Sequence record: PV477269
DNA length: 5,529 nt
Strand: one strand, 5' to 3'
Source: Shigella phage vB_1081
Below, piece after piece: positions 1 through 5,529 of the stretch. Under the pieces are notes generated by a model, which saw only the letters and a list, made by a program, of their open reading frames with translations, searched no databases and had not been told where the DNA came from. The first letter of the stretch is position 1, and each line of letters opens with the position of its first letter. A program made the translations under genes and the position numbers.

Positions 1-3
1 TGC

Positions 4-33
4 TTGACTAATACTCAATCGCCACTCTAATAT
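4..33 (+). promoter_or_regulatory. Candidate promoter PA in the H-A intergenic region
   Basis: -35 TTGACT at 4-9 (5/6), 18-bp spacer, -10 TAATAT at 28-33 (4/6). The predicted transcript start lies just upstream of GGAGG (48-52) and ATG 59. The upstream context is cut by the window edge, as the genome is circular. Confidence 0.45.
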
Positions 34-58
34 GCCTCCCATCAAACGGAGGCTTTTC

Positions 59-1723
59 ATGTTTAAAACTCATTCTGACTACTTTAACAAACCAAACATC
101 GACGCAATCAAACCACTCGTCGAAACTGCTGGTATGTCTGTTCTTACTCAGTCTCCAAACCTCCGCATCTGGAAACAGTGCAATACTCGTATCAAACTTC
201 TTGAAGAAATCCTTGCTCATTACACGAATGGTATCCGCCGTGATGATAATGGTGACTTCTGGATGAATCCAAACTCTCAACTTGCAACCACTATTGCCTA
301 TCGTGCCCACCAAAAAGGCCACAATCCTAAATTCAAACAATACCCAGAGTCGTTTACTCTGGATGACATTATTACTGGCAAACCAATCCCTCAAACCGCT
401 CCTGACGAATTACAACTCTCTGATGAAATCGGTGAAGACTACCGTCTTACAGTCCTCTCCATAATCGAAGAACTGCAGGAATGTTACGATGTGCTCGGAC
501 AACTTGATATTAATAACACTATAGACCACAAACCCCTCGGTAATACTCACTGGGACTTACTCTATGAAAAACCCGTATACAAACATTGGACTCAACTCGT
601 TTCAAAACGACCCCTTAAAGATATCCGCGCCGATTACAACTATGCAAAGGCGAAGGGTATTAAGGATGAATGCTCAAAAATCTTGGAGGAATCTACTATG
701 AAGTCCCGTCGTGGATTTACCGTCCAAAGATTGATGAATGCTATGCGTACAGCCCATACTCAGGGCTGGTATGTGGTATTCGACACTCTTACTCTAGCCG
801 ATGACCGCTTAAAGGATTTCTATGATAATCCCAATGCTCTTCGTGACTACTTCCGTGGTATTGGTCGTATGGTTCTTACTGCCGAGGGTCGTTCGGTGCA
901 TGAGTCATCTGCCGACTGCTATCAGTATTTTTGTGTGCCAGAGTATGGTACACAGCACGGTCGTCTACATTTCCACGCAGTGCATCTTATGCGCACACTT
1001 CCTTTGGGTTCTCTGGACCCTAACTTCGGTAAGCTGGTACGCACTAATCGGCAAATAAATAGCTTGCAAAACACGTGGCCTTATGGTTACTCTATGCCCA
1101 TCGCAGTCCGGTACTCCCAAGATGCCTTTTCTCGTGCTGGTTGGCTCTGGCCTGTGGATACAAAGGGTGAACCCCTTAAAGCTACCTCGTATATGGCTGT
1201 AGGCTTCTATGTTGCTAAATACGTTAATAAAAAATCAGATATTGACATGGCCGCAAAAGGCCTAGGGAATAAAGAATGGAACAATTCGCTCAAAACCAAA
1301 ATCAACCTCATACCCAAGAAGGTGTTCAGAATCCGAATGTCCCGCAACTTCGGAATGAAACTGCTCTCAATGGCTTACCTGTCAGCGGAAACCCTGATGG
1401 AACTGACCCAAGTGGGTTACGACGTGACCCCGTTCAACAACATCTTGAAGCAGAACGCCAAGAAAGAGCTCAGATTGAGGCTGGCAAAGAAATCTGTCGC
1501 CGACGTTTTGGAGGCGCAACCTGTGACGACCAATCTGCTAAAATTCATGCGCAATTTGACCCGAACAATCGGAGCGTCCAGCCTACAGAGTTTTATCGCT
1601 TCAATGACCACGAAATTATCAAGTACGGATATTTCTGATGAAACCAAAACTTACGTTGCTGATGCAGGAATTGCTGTTGCTAACTTACGAATTAAATCGA
1701 AGTGGACTGCTGGTGGAAAATGA
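59..1723 (+). CDS. A: Replication initiation protein A (rolling-circle HUH endonuclease); 554 aa from ATG 59
   Basis: ORF 32..1723 translates to a protein closely matching my recollection of phiX174/G4 gpA across most of its length. It contains the HUH motif ([14 protein letters not shown] codons 968-976) and the twin catalytic-tyrosine motif [10 protein letters not shown] (Tyr codons 1208-1210 and 1220-1222). The start is placed at ATG 59 because GGAGG at 48-52 sits 6 nt upstream and the resulting 554 aa equals the length I recall for G4 A; ATG 32 has no Shine-Dalgarno and overlaps a putative -10 box. Confidence 0.93.
   Translation: MFKTHSDYFNKPNIDAIKPLVETAGMSVLTQSPNLRIWKQCNTRIKLLEEILAHYTNGIRRDDNGDFWMNPNSQLATTIAYRAHQKGHNPKFKQYPESFTLDDIITGKPIPQTAPDELQLSDEIGEDYRLTVLSIIEELQECYDVLGQLDINNTIDHKPLGNTHWDLLYEKPVYKHWTQLVSKRPLKDIRADYNYAKAKGIKDECSKILEESTMKSRRGFTVQRLMNAMRTAHTQGWYVVFDTLTLADDRLKDFYDNPNALRDYFRGIGRMVLTAEGRSVHESSADCYQYFCVPEYGTQHGRLHFHAVHLMRTLPLGSLDPNFGKLVRTNRQINSLQNTWPYGYSMPIAVRYSQDAFSRAGWLWPVDTKGEPLKATSYMAVGFYVAKYVNKKSDIDMAAKGLGNKEWNNSLKTKINLIPKKVFRIRMSRNFGMKLLSMAYLSAETLMELTQVGYDVTPFNNILKQNAKKELRLRLAKKSVADVLEAQPVTTNLLKFMRNLTRTIGASSLQSFIASMTTKLSSTDISDETKTYVADAGIAVANLRIKSKWTAGGK
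500..529 (+). other. Origin of viral (+) strand rolling-circle replication (gpA recognition and nick site), inside gene A
   Basis: Exact 30-nt sequence CAACTTGATATTAATAACACTATAGACCAC, identical to the conserved phiX174-family origin as I recall it. gpA nicks between the G and A of CAACTTG/ATATT, here between positions 506 and 507. Confidence 0.9.
698..1723 (+). CDS. A*: A* protein, in-frame internal restart of A (341 aa)
   Basis: In-frame ATG at 698-700 opening MKSRRGF, the same residue context as the phiX174 A* start. It is preceded by GGAGG at 685-689 (8-nt spacer). The 341-aa product equals the phiX174 A* length. Expression is inferred by homology only. Confidence 0.7.
   Translation: MKSRRGFTVQRLMNAMRTAHTQGWYVVFDTLTLADDRLKDFYDNPNALRDYFRGIGRMVLTAEGRSVHESSADCYQYFCVPEYGTQHGRLHFHAVHLMRTLPLGSLDPNFGKLVRTNRQINSLQNTWPYGYSMPIAVRYSQDAFSRAGWLWPVDTKGEPLKATSYMAVGFYVAKYVNKKSDIDMAAKGLGNKEWNNSLKTKINLIPKKVFRIRMSRNFGMKLLSMAYLSAETLMELTQVGYDVTPFNNILKQNAKKELRLRLAKKSVADVLEAQPVTTNLLKFMRNLTRTIGASSLQSFIASMTTKLSSTDISDETKTYVADAGIAVANLRIKSKWTAGGK
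1064..1093 (+). promoter_or_regulatory. Weak candidate for promoter PB inside gene A (upstream of B)
   Basis: TTGCAA at 1064-1069, 18-bp spacer, TACTCT at 1088-1093 (only 3/6 to the -10 consensus). It lies about 185 nt upstream of the B start, roughly where phiX174 PB maps. Sequence support is poor; listed only as a place to look. Confidence 0.2.
1276..1638 (+). CDS. B: Internal scaffolding protein B (120 aa), encoded in an alternative frame entirely within gene A
   Basis: The ORF translation (MEQFAQNQ...[10 protein letters not shown]...EFYRF...YGYF) matches recalled phiX174/G4 gpB, including the conserved C-terminal FGYF-type motif. It lies in a different frame from A, and its TGA stop (1636-1638) overlaps the K start in the sequence TGATG. 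Confidence 0.92.
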   Translation: MEQFAQNQNQPHTQEGVQNPNVPQLRNETALNGLPVSGNPDGTDPSGLRRDPVQQHLEAERQERAQIEAGKEICRRRFGGATCDDQSAKIHAQFDPNNRSVQPTEFYRFNDHEIIKYGYF

Positions 1724-1808
1724 GGAAATTCAATCTCAACTTAAGAAACTCGAGGTCGTCTTACTTCGCAACCTTTCGCCATCATCTCAACGTGCTGGCA
1801 AAGACTGA
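1638..1808 (+). CDS. K: Protein K (56 aa), small non-essential membrane-associated protein overlapping the A/C junction
   Basis: Not in the supplied ORF track (under its length cutoff). Manual translation from ATG 1638 gives [56 protein letters not shown], ending at TGA 1806-1808. The central [16 protein letters not shown] block matches recalled phiX174 K, and the position (starting on the B stop, spanning the end of A and the start of C) is the same as in phiX174. Confidence 0.85.
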   Translation: MKPKLTLLMQELLLLTYELNRSGLLVENEEIQSQLKKLEVVLLRNLSPSSQRAGKD

Positions 1809-1974
1809 CGCCCTTGATGAGGAGAAATACCTGAATATGTTAGGTGCTCTCCTTAAGGACTGGTTCCGGTACGAGGAACATTTCGTACATGGTAAACAAT
1901 CAATGCTTGACATATTAAAAGAACGTGGCCTATTATCCACATCGTCAACTGACGCAAACCACAAAGGAAACTGA
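1720..1974 (+). CDS. C: Protein C (84 aa), ssDNA synthesis / packaging switch protein
   Basis: The translation from ATG 1720 ([58 protein letters not shown]...) closely matches recalled phiX174 gpC. ATG 1720-1722 overlaps the A stop TGA 1721-1723. The track ORF starting at 1702 is an upstream extension in the same frame. Confidence 0.92.
   Translation: MRKFNLNLRNSRSSYFATFRHHLNVLAKTDALDEEKYLNMLGALLKDWFRYEEHFVHGKQSMLDILKERGLLSTSSTDANHKGN
1907..1936 (+). promoter_or_regulatory. Candidate promoter PD (sigma70-type) inside gene C, driving D-E-J-F-G-H
   Basis: Perfect -35 TTGACA at 1907-1912, 18-bp spacer, -10 TATTAT at 1931-1936 (5/6 to TATAAT), about 40 nt upstream of the D start. This is the position where phiX174 has PD. 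Confidence 0.65.
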
Positions 1975-1975
1975 A

Positions 1976-2434
1976 ATGTCTAAATCAAATGAATCTGCTG
2001 TAGCTTTTCAAACTGCTATTGCTTCTATCAAACTTATCCAAGCCTCTTCCGTTCTCGATCTGACCGAAGATGACTTCGACTTCTTAACTCGCGACCGTGT
2101 ATGGATTGCTACCGACCGCTCACGTGCTCGCCGTGCTATTGAGGCCTGTGTGTATGGAACGCTGGACTTTGTCGGGTATCCTCGCTTTCCTGCTCCTGTT
2201 GAGTTTATTGCTGCCGTCATTGCTTATTATGTTCATCCCGTCAACATTCAGACGGCCTGTCTTATCATGGAAGGTGCAGAGTTTACCGAAAACATCGTTA
2301 ATGGTGTCGAACGCCCTGTTAAGGCCTCCGAACTGTTCGCCTTTACTCTTCTCGTTCGTGCCGGAAACAAAGACCTTATTGGTCATGCCGAAACAAACAT
2401 CCGTGAACAATTACGCGCTCAAGGAGTTATGTAA
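1976..2434 (+). CDS. D: External scaffolding protein D (152 aa)
   Basis: From ATG 1976 (MSKSNESAVAFQTAIASIKLIQAS...), with AAGGA at 1964-1968 as ribosome-binding site. Long stretches (VWIATDRSRARR, ACVYGTLDFVGYPRFPAPVEFIAAVIAYYVHPVNIQTACLIMEGAEFTEN) are identical to recalled phiX174 gpD. The 152-aa length equals phiX174/G4 D. The track ORF at 1925 begins with a GTG upstream extension. Confidence 0.95.
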   Translation: MSKSNESAVAFQTAIASIKLIQASSVLDLTEDDFDFLTRDRVWIATDRSRARRAIEACVYGTLDFVGYPRFPAPVEFIAAVIAYYVHPVNIQTACLIMEGAEFTENIVNGVERPVKASELFAFTLLVRAGNKDLIGHAETNIREQLRAQGVM

Positions 2435-2465
2435 TGAAAAAATCAATTCGCCGCTCCGGCGGTAA
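2154..2465 (+). CDS. E: Lysis protein E (MraY inhibitor), 103 aa as read here, nested in gene D in a different frame
   Basis: ATG 2154 opens MERWTLSGILAFLLLLSLLLPSLLIMFIPSTF..., an N-terminal transmembrane helix with the conserved Pro21 as in phiX174 E. The ORF continues past the D stop to TAA 2463-2465, 12 codons longer than phiX174 E (91 aa). The start is by homology; the Shine-Dalgarno is weak (GAGG 2141-2144). Confidence 0.85.
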   Translation: MERWTLSGILAFLLLLSLLLPSLLIMFIPSTFRRPVLSWKVQSLPKTSLMVSNALLRPPNCSPLLFSFVPETKTLLVMPKQTSVNNYALKELCNEKINSPLRR

Positions 2466-2511
2466 ATCTAAAGGTGCTCGCCTCTGGTATGTAGGCGGAA
2501 CACAATACTAA
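2434..2511 (+). CDS. J: DNA-binding / packaging protein J (25 aa, short G4-type form)
   Basis: Not in the ORF track (too short). ATG 2434-2436 overlaps the D stop TAA 2432-2434 (TAATG), with AAGGAG at 2421-2426 upstream. Translation MKKSIRRSGGKSKGARLWYVGGTQY is basic and carries the conserved GARLWYVGG motif of phiX174 J (..KGARLWYVGGQQF). Stop is TAA 2509-2511. Confidence 0.88.
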   Translation: MKKSIRRSGGKSKGARLWYVGGTQY

Positions 2512-2517
2512 TCTTTC

Positions 2518-2533
2518 GGGGGCTACGGCCCCC
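2518..2533 (+). terminator. J-F intergenic GC hairpin (candidate leaky terminator / mRNA-stabilising stem-loop)
   Basis: GGGGGC (2518-2523) / GCCCCC (2528-2533) form a perfect 6-bp GC stem around the tetraloop TACG (UACG in RNA), 7 nt after the J stop. There is no clean downstream U-tract (AATTTAAGG follows), so any termination would be partial, consistent with phiX174-family read-through terminators. Confidence 0.4.
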
Positions 2534-2551
2534 CAATTTAAGGATACAAAA

Positions 2552-3835
2552 ATGTCTAACGTTCAAACTTCTGCGGACCGCGTACCTCATGACTTATCTC
2601 ATCTCGTTTTTGAAGCTGGTAAAATCGGCCGCCTCAAAACTATCTCTTGGACACCTGTTGTTGCTGGTGACTCTTTCGAGTGTGATATGGTTGGTGCTAT
2701 TCGTCTGTCCCCTCTTCGTCGCGGCCTCGCTGTTGACTCACGTGTTGATATCTTTTCTTTCTACATCCCACACCGTCATATCTATGGTCAGCAGTGGATT
2801 AACTTTATGAAGGATGGCGTTAATGCCACCCCTCTCGCTCCTGTTACTTGTTCATCTGGCTGGGACTCTGCTGCGTATCTCGGTACTATTCCGTCCTCTA
2901 CGCTCAAAGTGCCTAAATTCTTACATCAAGGCTATCTGAATATTTATAACAACTACTTTAAGCCGCCTTGGTCTGACGACTTAACTTATGCTAACCCGTC
3001 CAATATGCCTGAACAGGATTACAAATGGGGCGTGCGTGTCGCTAACCTTAAATCTATCTGGACCGCACCACTGCCACCGGATACCCGTACATCTGAAAAC
3101 ATGACTACTGGTACATCCACTATTGACATTATGGGCCTACAGGCCGCATATGCTAAATTACACACGGAACAGGAACGTGATTATTTCATGACCCGTTATC
3201 GTGACATTATGAAAGAGTTCGGCGGACACACCTCTTATGATGGTGATAATCGCCCTCTTCTGCTTATGCGCTCTGAGTTCTGGGCTTCTGGCTATGACGT
3301 AGACGGTACTGACCAATCCTCACTCGGTCAATTCTCTGGTCGTGTTCAGCAGACCTTTAATCATAAAGTGCCACGCTTCTATGTCCCTGAACATGGCGTA
3401 ATCATGACTTTGGCTGTTACTCGTTTCCCGCCTACTCATGAGATGGAAATGCACTACCTTGTAGGCAAGGAAAACTTAACCTATACCGATATTGCTTGTG
3501 ACCCTGCGTTGATGGCTAACCTGCCTCCTCGTGAAGTGTCCTTGAAGGAGTTCTTCCACTCCTCGCCTGATTCTGCTAAATTCAAAATCGCAGAAGGCCA
3601 ATGGTATCGCACACAGCCTGACCGTGTTGCATTCCCTTATAACGCTCTGGACGGATTCCCGTTCTACTCTGCTCTCCCGTCCATGGAACTAAAAGACCGT
3701 GTACTGGTTAACACTGATAACTATGATGAAATCTTCCAGTCTATGCAGCTTGCACACTGGAACATGCAAACTAAATTTAACATTAATGTCTACCGTCACA
3801 TGCCTACGACTCGTGATTCAATCATGACCTCGTAA
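2552..3835 (+). CDS. F: Major capsid protein F (427 aa)
   Basis: Translation MSNVQTSADRVPHDLSHL...GRLKTIS.TPVVAGDSFE...LRLSPLRRGLA.DS.VDIF.FY.PHRH.YG.QWI.FMKDGVNATPL matches recalled phiX174 gpF (also 427 aa). AAGGA at 2540-2544 lies 7 nt upstream of ATG 2552. Confidence 0.96.
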   Translation: MSNVQTSADRVPHDLSHLVFEAGKIGRLKTISWTPVVAGDSFECDMVGAIRLSPLRRGLAVDSRVDIFSFYIPHRHIYGQQWINFMKDGVNATPLAPVTCSSGWDSAAYLGTIPSSTLKVPKFLHQGYLNIYNNYFKPPWSDDLTYANPSNMPEQDYKWGVRVANLKSIWTAPLPPDTRTSENMTTGTSTIDIMGLQAAYAKLHTEQERDYFMTRYRDIMKEFGGHTSYDGDNRPLLLMRSEFWASGYDVDGTDQSSLGQFSGRVQQTFNHKVPRFYVPEHGVIMTLAVTRFPPTHEMEMHYLVGKENLTYTDIACDPALMANLPPREVSLKEFFHSSPDSAKFKIAEGQWYRTQPDRVAFPYNALDGFPFYSALPSMELKDRVLVNTDNYDEIFQSMQLAHWNMQTKFNINVYRHMPTTRDSIMTS

Positions 3836-3846
3836 GGCAACAAAGG

Positions 3847-3887
3847 CCGCCCCTCTACTGGTCAGATGCCTGCCCAATGTGGGGCGG
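3847..3887 (+). other. Second stem-loop in the F-G intergenic region (possible auxiliary origin hairpin)
   Basis: CCGCCCC (3847-3853) is the perfect reverse complement of GGGGCGG (3881-3887), giving a 7-bp GC stem around a 27-nt loop. Position is consistent with the multi-hairpin G4 origin structure; function inferred. Confidence 0.4.
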
Positions 3888-3923
3888 ACCGTGCCTACGG
3901 AGATACCCGAATCTACGATACAT

Positions 3924-3949
3924 GGACGGCGTAGCCGCCGTCCCTACTG
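3924..3949 (+). other. Candidate complementary (-) strand origin: GC hairpin plus adjacent CTG primase initiation motif (G4-type, DnaG-dependent)
   Basis: 8-bp GC-rich stem GGACGGCG (3924-3931) / CGCCGTCC (3936-3943) with loop TAGC, followed immediately by CCCTACTG with CTG at 3947-3949. A primer copied from T3948 would begin pppAGUAGGGACGG..., which matches my recollection of the G4 primer. It lies in the 136-nt F-G intergenic region, where the G4 complementary-strand origin is located. Confidence 0.6.
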
Positions 3950-3971
3950 CAAAGCCAAAAAGGACTAACAT

Positions 3972-4505
3972 ATGTTCCAGAAATTCATTTCTAAGCACAA
4001 TGCTCCAATTAGCTCTACTCAGGTTACTGTTACTAAAACTCCGGCTGCCACGGCACCTGTTTTAGATGTGCCTGGCTTAAGCCGTTCTACTATTCAAATC
4101 AATGTAACAACCACAGCCGTTACAACTCATTCAGGCTTGTGCCACGTTGTTCGCATTGATGAAACAAACCCAACAAATCATCATGCTCTATCTGTTGCAG
4201 GTTCATTGTCGCATGTCTCTGCTGATATGATTGCTTTTGCTATTCGCTTTGAAGTCGCCGACGGCGTTGTTCCTACTGCCGTTCCGGCTTTATATGACGT
4301 TTATCCTATTGAAATTGTCAATACTGGCAAAGCAATCTCATTTAAAGACGTTGTGACTATTGATTCACATCCCCGCACTGTCGGTAACGACGTTTATGCG
4401 GGCATTATGCTCTGGTCTAATGCTTGGTCTGCCACTACTACCTCTGGCGTTCTCTCTGTTAATCAGGTAAACCGTGAGGCTACTGTTCTCCAGCCTTTAA
4501 AATAA
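3972..4505 (+). CDS. G: Major spike protein G (177 aa)
   Basis: Translation [10 protein letters not shown]...TAPVL...YDVYP...VTID..PRT.GN.VY.G.M.WSN...LQPLK matches conserved blocks of recalled phiX174 gpG. The 177-aa length matches what I recall for G4 G. AAGGA at 3960-3964 lies 7 nt upstream of the ATG. Confidence 0.93.
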   Translation: MFQKFISKHNAPISSTQVTVTKTPAATAPVLDVPGLSRSTIQINVTTTAVTTHSGLCHVVRIDETNPTNHHALSVAGSLSHVSADMIAFAIRFEVADGVVPTAVPALYDVYPIEIVNTGKAISFKDVVTIDSHPRTVGNDVYAGIMLWSNAWSATTTSGVLSVNQVNREATVLQPLK

Positions 4506-4515
4506 GGATTATCCT

Positions 4516-5529
4516 ATGCTTGGTTCTGTCGTTGGTGGTATCGCCTCCGCTCTTGCCGGAGGTCTTACAGGTAAATTATTTGGCGGCGGTCAGTCCGCCA
4601 ATTCCACCGGAGTGCAAGGTGATATTCTTGCCTCTGACAACAATGTTATTGGTGCTAATGATGCTGGTATTAAATCTGCTATTCAGGGTTCTAGCCTCCC
4701 TAACTTTAAAGAGGCTGCCCCCTCTGCTATCTCTGGGATTCTTGCCGATTCTGGCAAGCATGCGCTCTCGTCTCTTACCAATGCTGGTACAAATAAACTC
4801 ATGGAAGCTGTCGGCCTTTCTAAGTCTGCCTCTGATAAGGGCAAGGATACAAAAGACTATCTTGCCGCCGCATTCCCCGAACTCAACGCATGGGAGCGCG
4901 CAGGTGCTGGTGCTTCTGGTGCAGGCATGCAAGATGCTGGCTTCCAAAATCAGAAAGAGCTAACCAAGATGCAGCTTGACAATCAAAAGGAAATCGCTAA
5001 GATGCAGAACGAAACTCAGAAGGAAATCGCTGGGCTTCAATCTATCACTTCACGCGAAAATACTAAGGACGCTGTCTATGCTCAAAATGAAATGCTCGCG
5101 TATAACCAAAAAGAGAGTATGTCACGCGTTGGCGCTATTCTCGAAAACACAAGCCTCACCAAACAACAACAAACTTCTGAAATTATGCGGCAGATGCTTA
5201 CTCAGGCTCAGACCACGGGTCAGCATTTTACAAATGAGCAAATCAAGGAGCTTACGCGAAAAGTTGGTGCTGATATTGATGCTGTTCGTGCTAACACTGA
5301 ACGCACCCATGTAGAAACTGACCGCTCAAAACAGGAGGTTCAAAACTCCCGTTACGCTTCCTCGCAGTTAGGCAAAACCGCTAAGGACGTTTCCAATGCA
5401 ATTACTGATACAGCTAGTTCTATTGTTGATTATTTTCGTGGTGTTGATCAAAAAGTGGCAGACGTTTACAACAACTATTTCAAAGATGGCAAATCGAAAG
5501 GAATAGAATCCAATCACCGTTCCAAATAA
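4516..5529 (+). CDS. H: Minor spike / DNA pilot protein H (337 aa)
   Basis: Translation ..[10 protein letters not shown]...KLFGGGQ...[11 protein letters not shown]...[24 protein letters not shown]...[32 protein letters not shown]...[15 protein letters not shown]...[26 protein letters not shown] is near-identical in blocks to recalled phiX174 gpH. The 337-aa length matches my recollection of G4 H. AAGGA at 4504-4508 overlaps the G stop; the ORF ends with TAA at the window end. Confidence 0.95.
   Translation: MLGSVVGGIASALAGGLTGKLFGGGQSANSTGVQGDILASDNNVIGANDAGIKSAIQGSSLPNFKEAAPSAISGILADSGKHALSSLTNAGTNKLMEAVGLSKSASDKGKDTKDYLAAAFPELNAWERAGAGASGAGMQDAGFQNQKELTKMQLDNQKEIAKMQNETQKEIAGLQSITSRENTKDAVYAQNEMLAYNQKESMSRVGAILENTSLTKQQQTSEIMRQMLTQAQTTGQHFTNEQIKELTRKVGADIDAVRANTERTHVETDRSKQEVQNSRYASSQLGKTAKDVSNAITDTASSIVDYFRGVDQKVADVYNNYFKDGKSKGIESNHRSK
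4951..5049 (+). repeat. H: Three tandem 33-nt (11-codon) coding repeats within gene H
   Basis: Consecutive units [11 protein letters not shown] / [11 protein letters not shown] / [11 protein letters not shown] at 4951-4983, 4984-5016 and 5017-5049. The 12-mer AAGGAAATCGCT recurs exactly at 4987-4998 and 5020-5031, and AAGATGCAG recurs at 4966-4974 and 4999-5007. Confidence 0.6.

Noticed and set aside
8-394. 128-aa ORF on the minus strand opposite the 5' end of gene A
   Set aside because: It is antisense to a strongly supported gene, with no recognisable similarity or ribosome-binding site. Phages of this family encode all genes on one strand, so this is most likely a chance open frame.
282-1058. 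Plus-strand alternative-frame ORFs 282..464 and 822..1058 inside gene A
   Set aside because: No ribosome-binding sites and no resemblance to known microvirus proteins. The only established alternative-frame genes within A are B and K, which lie further downstream.
1242-1272. Perfect TTGACA at 1242-1247 just upstream of gene B as a possible B promoter
   Set aside because: No acceptable -10 hexamer lies 16-19 bp downstream (GGGAAT / GAATAA), and in phiX174 the B promoter maps much further upstream; most likely a chance hexamer within A codons.
1702-1974. Longer track versions of C (from 1702), D (from GTG 1925) and E (from GTG 2097)
   Set aside because: The extensions add residues absent from the recalled homologues. 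The downstream ATGs (1720, 1976, 2154) reproduce the canonical N-termini, and for D there is a good Shine-Dalgarno.
1417-2410. Minus-strand ORFs 1417..1647, 1782..1964, 2008..2220 and 2120..2410
   Set aside because: All are antisense to the well-supported A/B/K/C/D/E genes, the products are low-complexity and unrecognisable, and there is no known antisense coding in phiX174-family phages.
2589-2810. 73-aa alternative-frame ORF inside capsid gene F
   Set aside because: No known nested gene exists in F in this family; the product is a hydrophobic low-complexity artefact and has no Shine-Dalgarno.
3877-4065. 62-aa ORF spanning the F-G intergenic region into gene G
   Set aside because: It runs through the structured origin hairpins, has no ribosome-binding site, and reads gene G out of frame; the region is better explained as the complementary-strand origin plus the G start.
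4576-5310. Minus-strand ORFs 4576..4947 and 5122..5310, and plus-strand alternative-frame ORFs 4520..4963 and 4976..5314, all inside gene H
   Set aside because: They overlap the strongly supported H frame, lack start context and encode Leu/Arg-rich low-complexity peptides typical of out-of-frame reading of a T-rich-third-position gene.
1-5529. Possibility of a novel defence, toxin-antitoxin or other accessory system, CRISPR array, tRNA or mobile element
   Set aside because: Every segment is accounted for by canonical microvirus genes or known intergenic elements. There are no direct-repeat/spacer arrays, no tRNA-like cloverleaf candidates, no inverted terminal repeats and no unexplained ORFs. 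The intergenic spaces total under 300 nt.

Overview
This window is not a novel system: it reads as an essentially complete genome of a G4-like, phiX174-family ssDNA coliphage (Microviridae, Bullavirinae), linearised in the H-A intergenic region. All eleven canonical genes lie on the + strand in the order A (with nested A*), B, K, C, D, E, J, F, G, H. Protein sizes (A 554, B 120, K 56, D 152, J 25, F 427, G 177, H 337 aa) fit my recollection of phage G4 rather than phiX174 (J 38, G 175, H 328 aa). Recognisable landmarks include the 30-nt viral-strand origin inside gene A, a GC hairpin and CTG primase start motif in the F-G intergenic region (G4-type complementary-strand origin), a near-consensus promoter inside gene C upstream of D, and the classic overlapping-gene architecture (B inside A, K across A/C, E inside D). 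The only departure I could see from the phiX174 pattern is that the E lysis ORF runs 12 codons past the position of the phiX174 E stop, through the D stop and into J. I found no CRISPR array, RNA gene, transposon or defence locus. All assignments rest on reading the sequence and recalled protein sequences; no database search was run.
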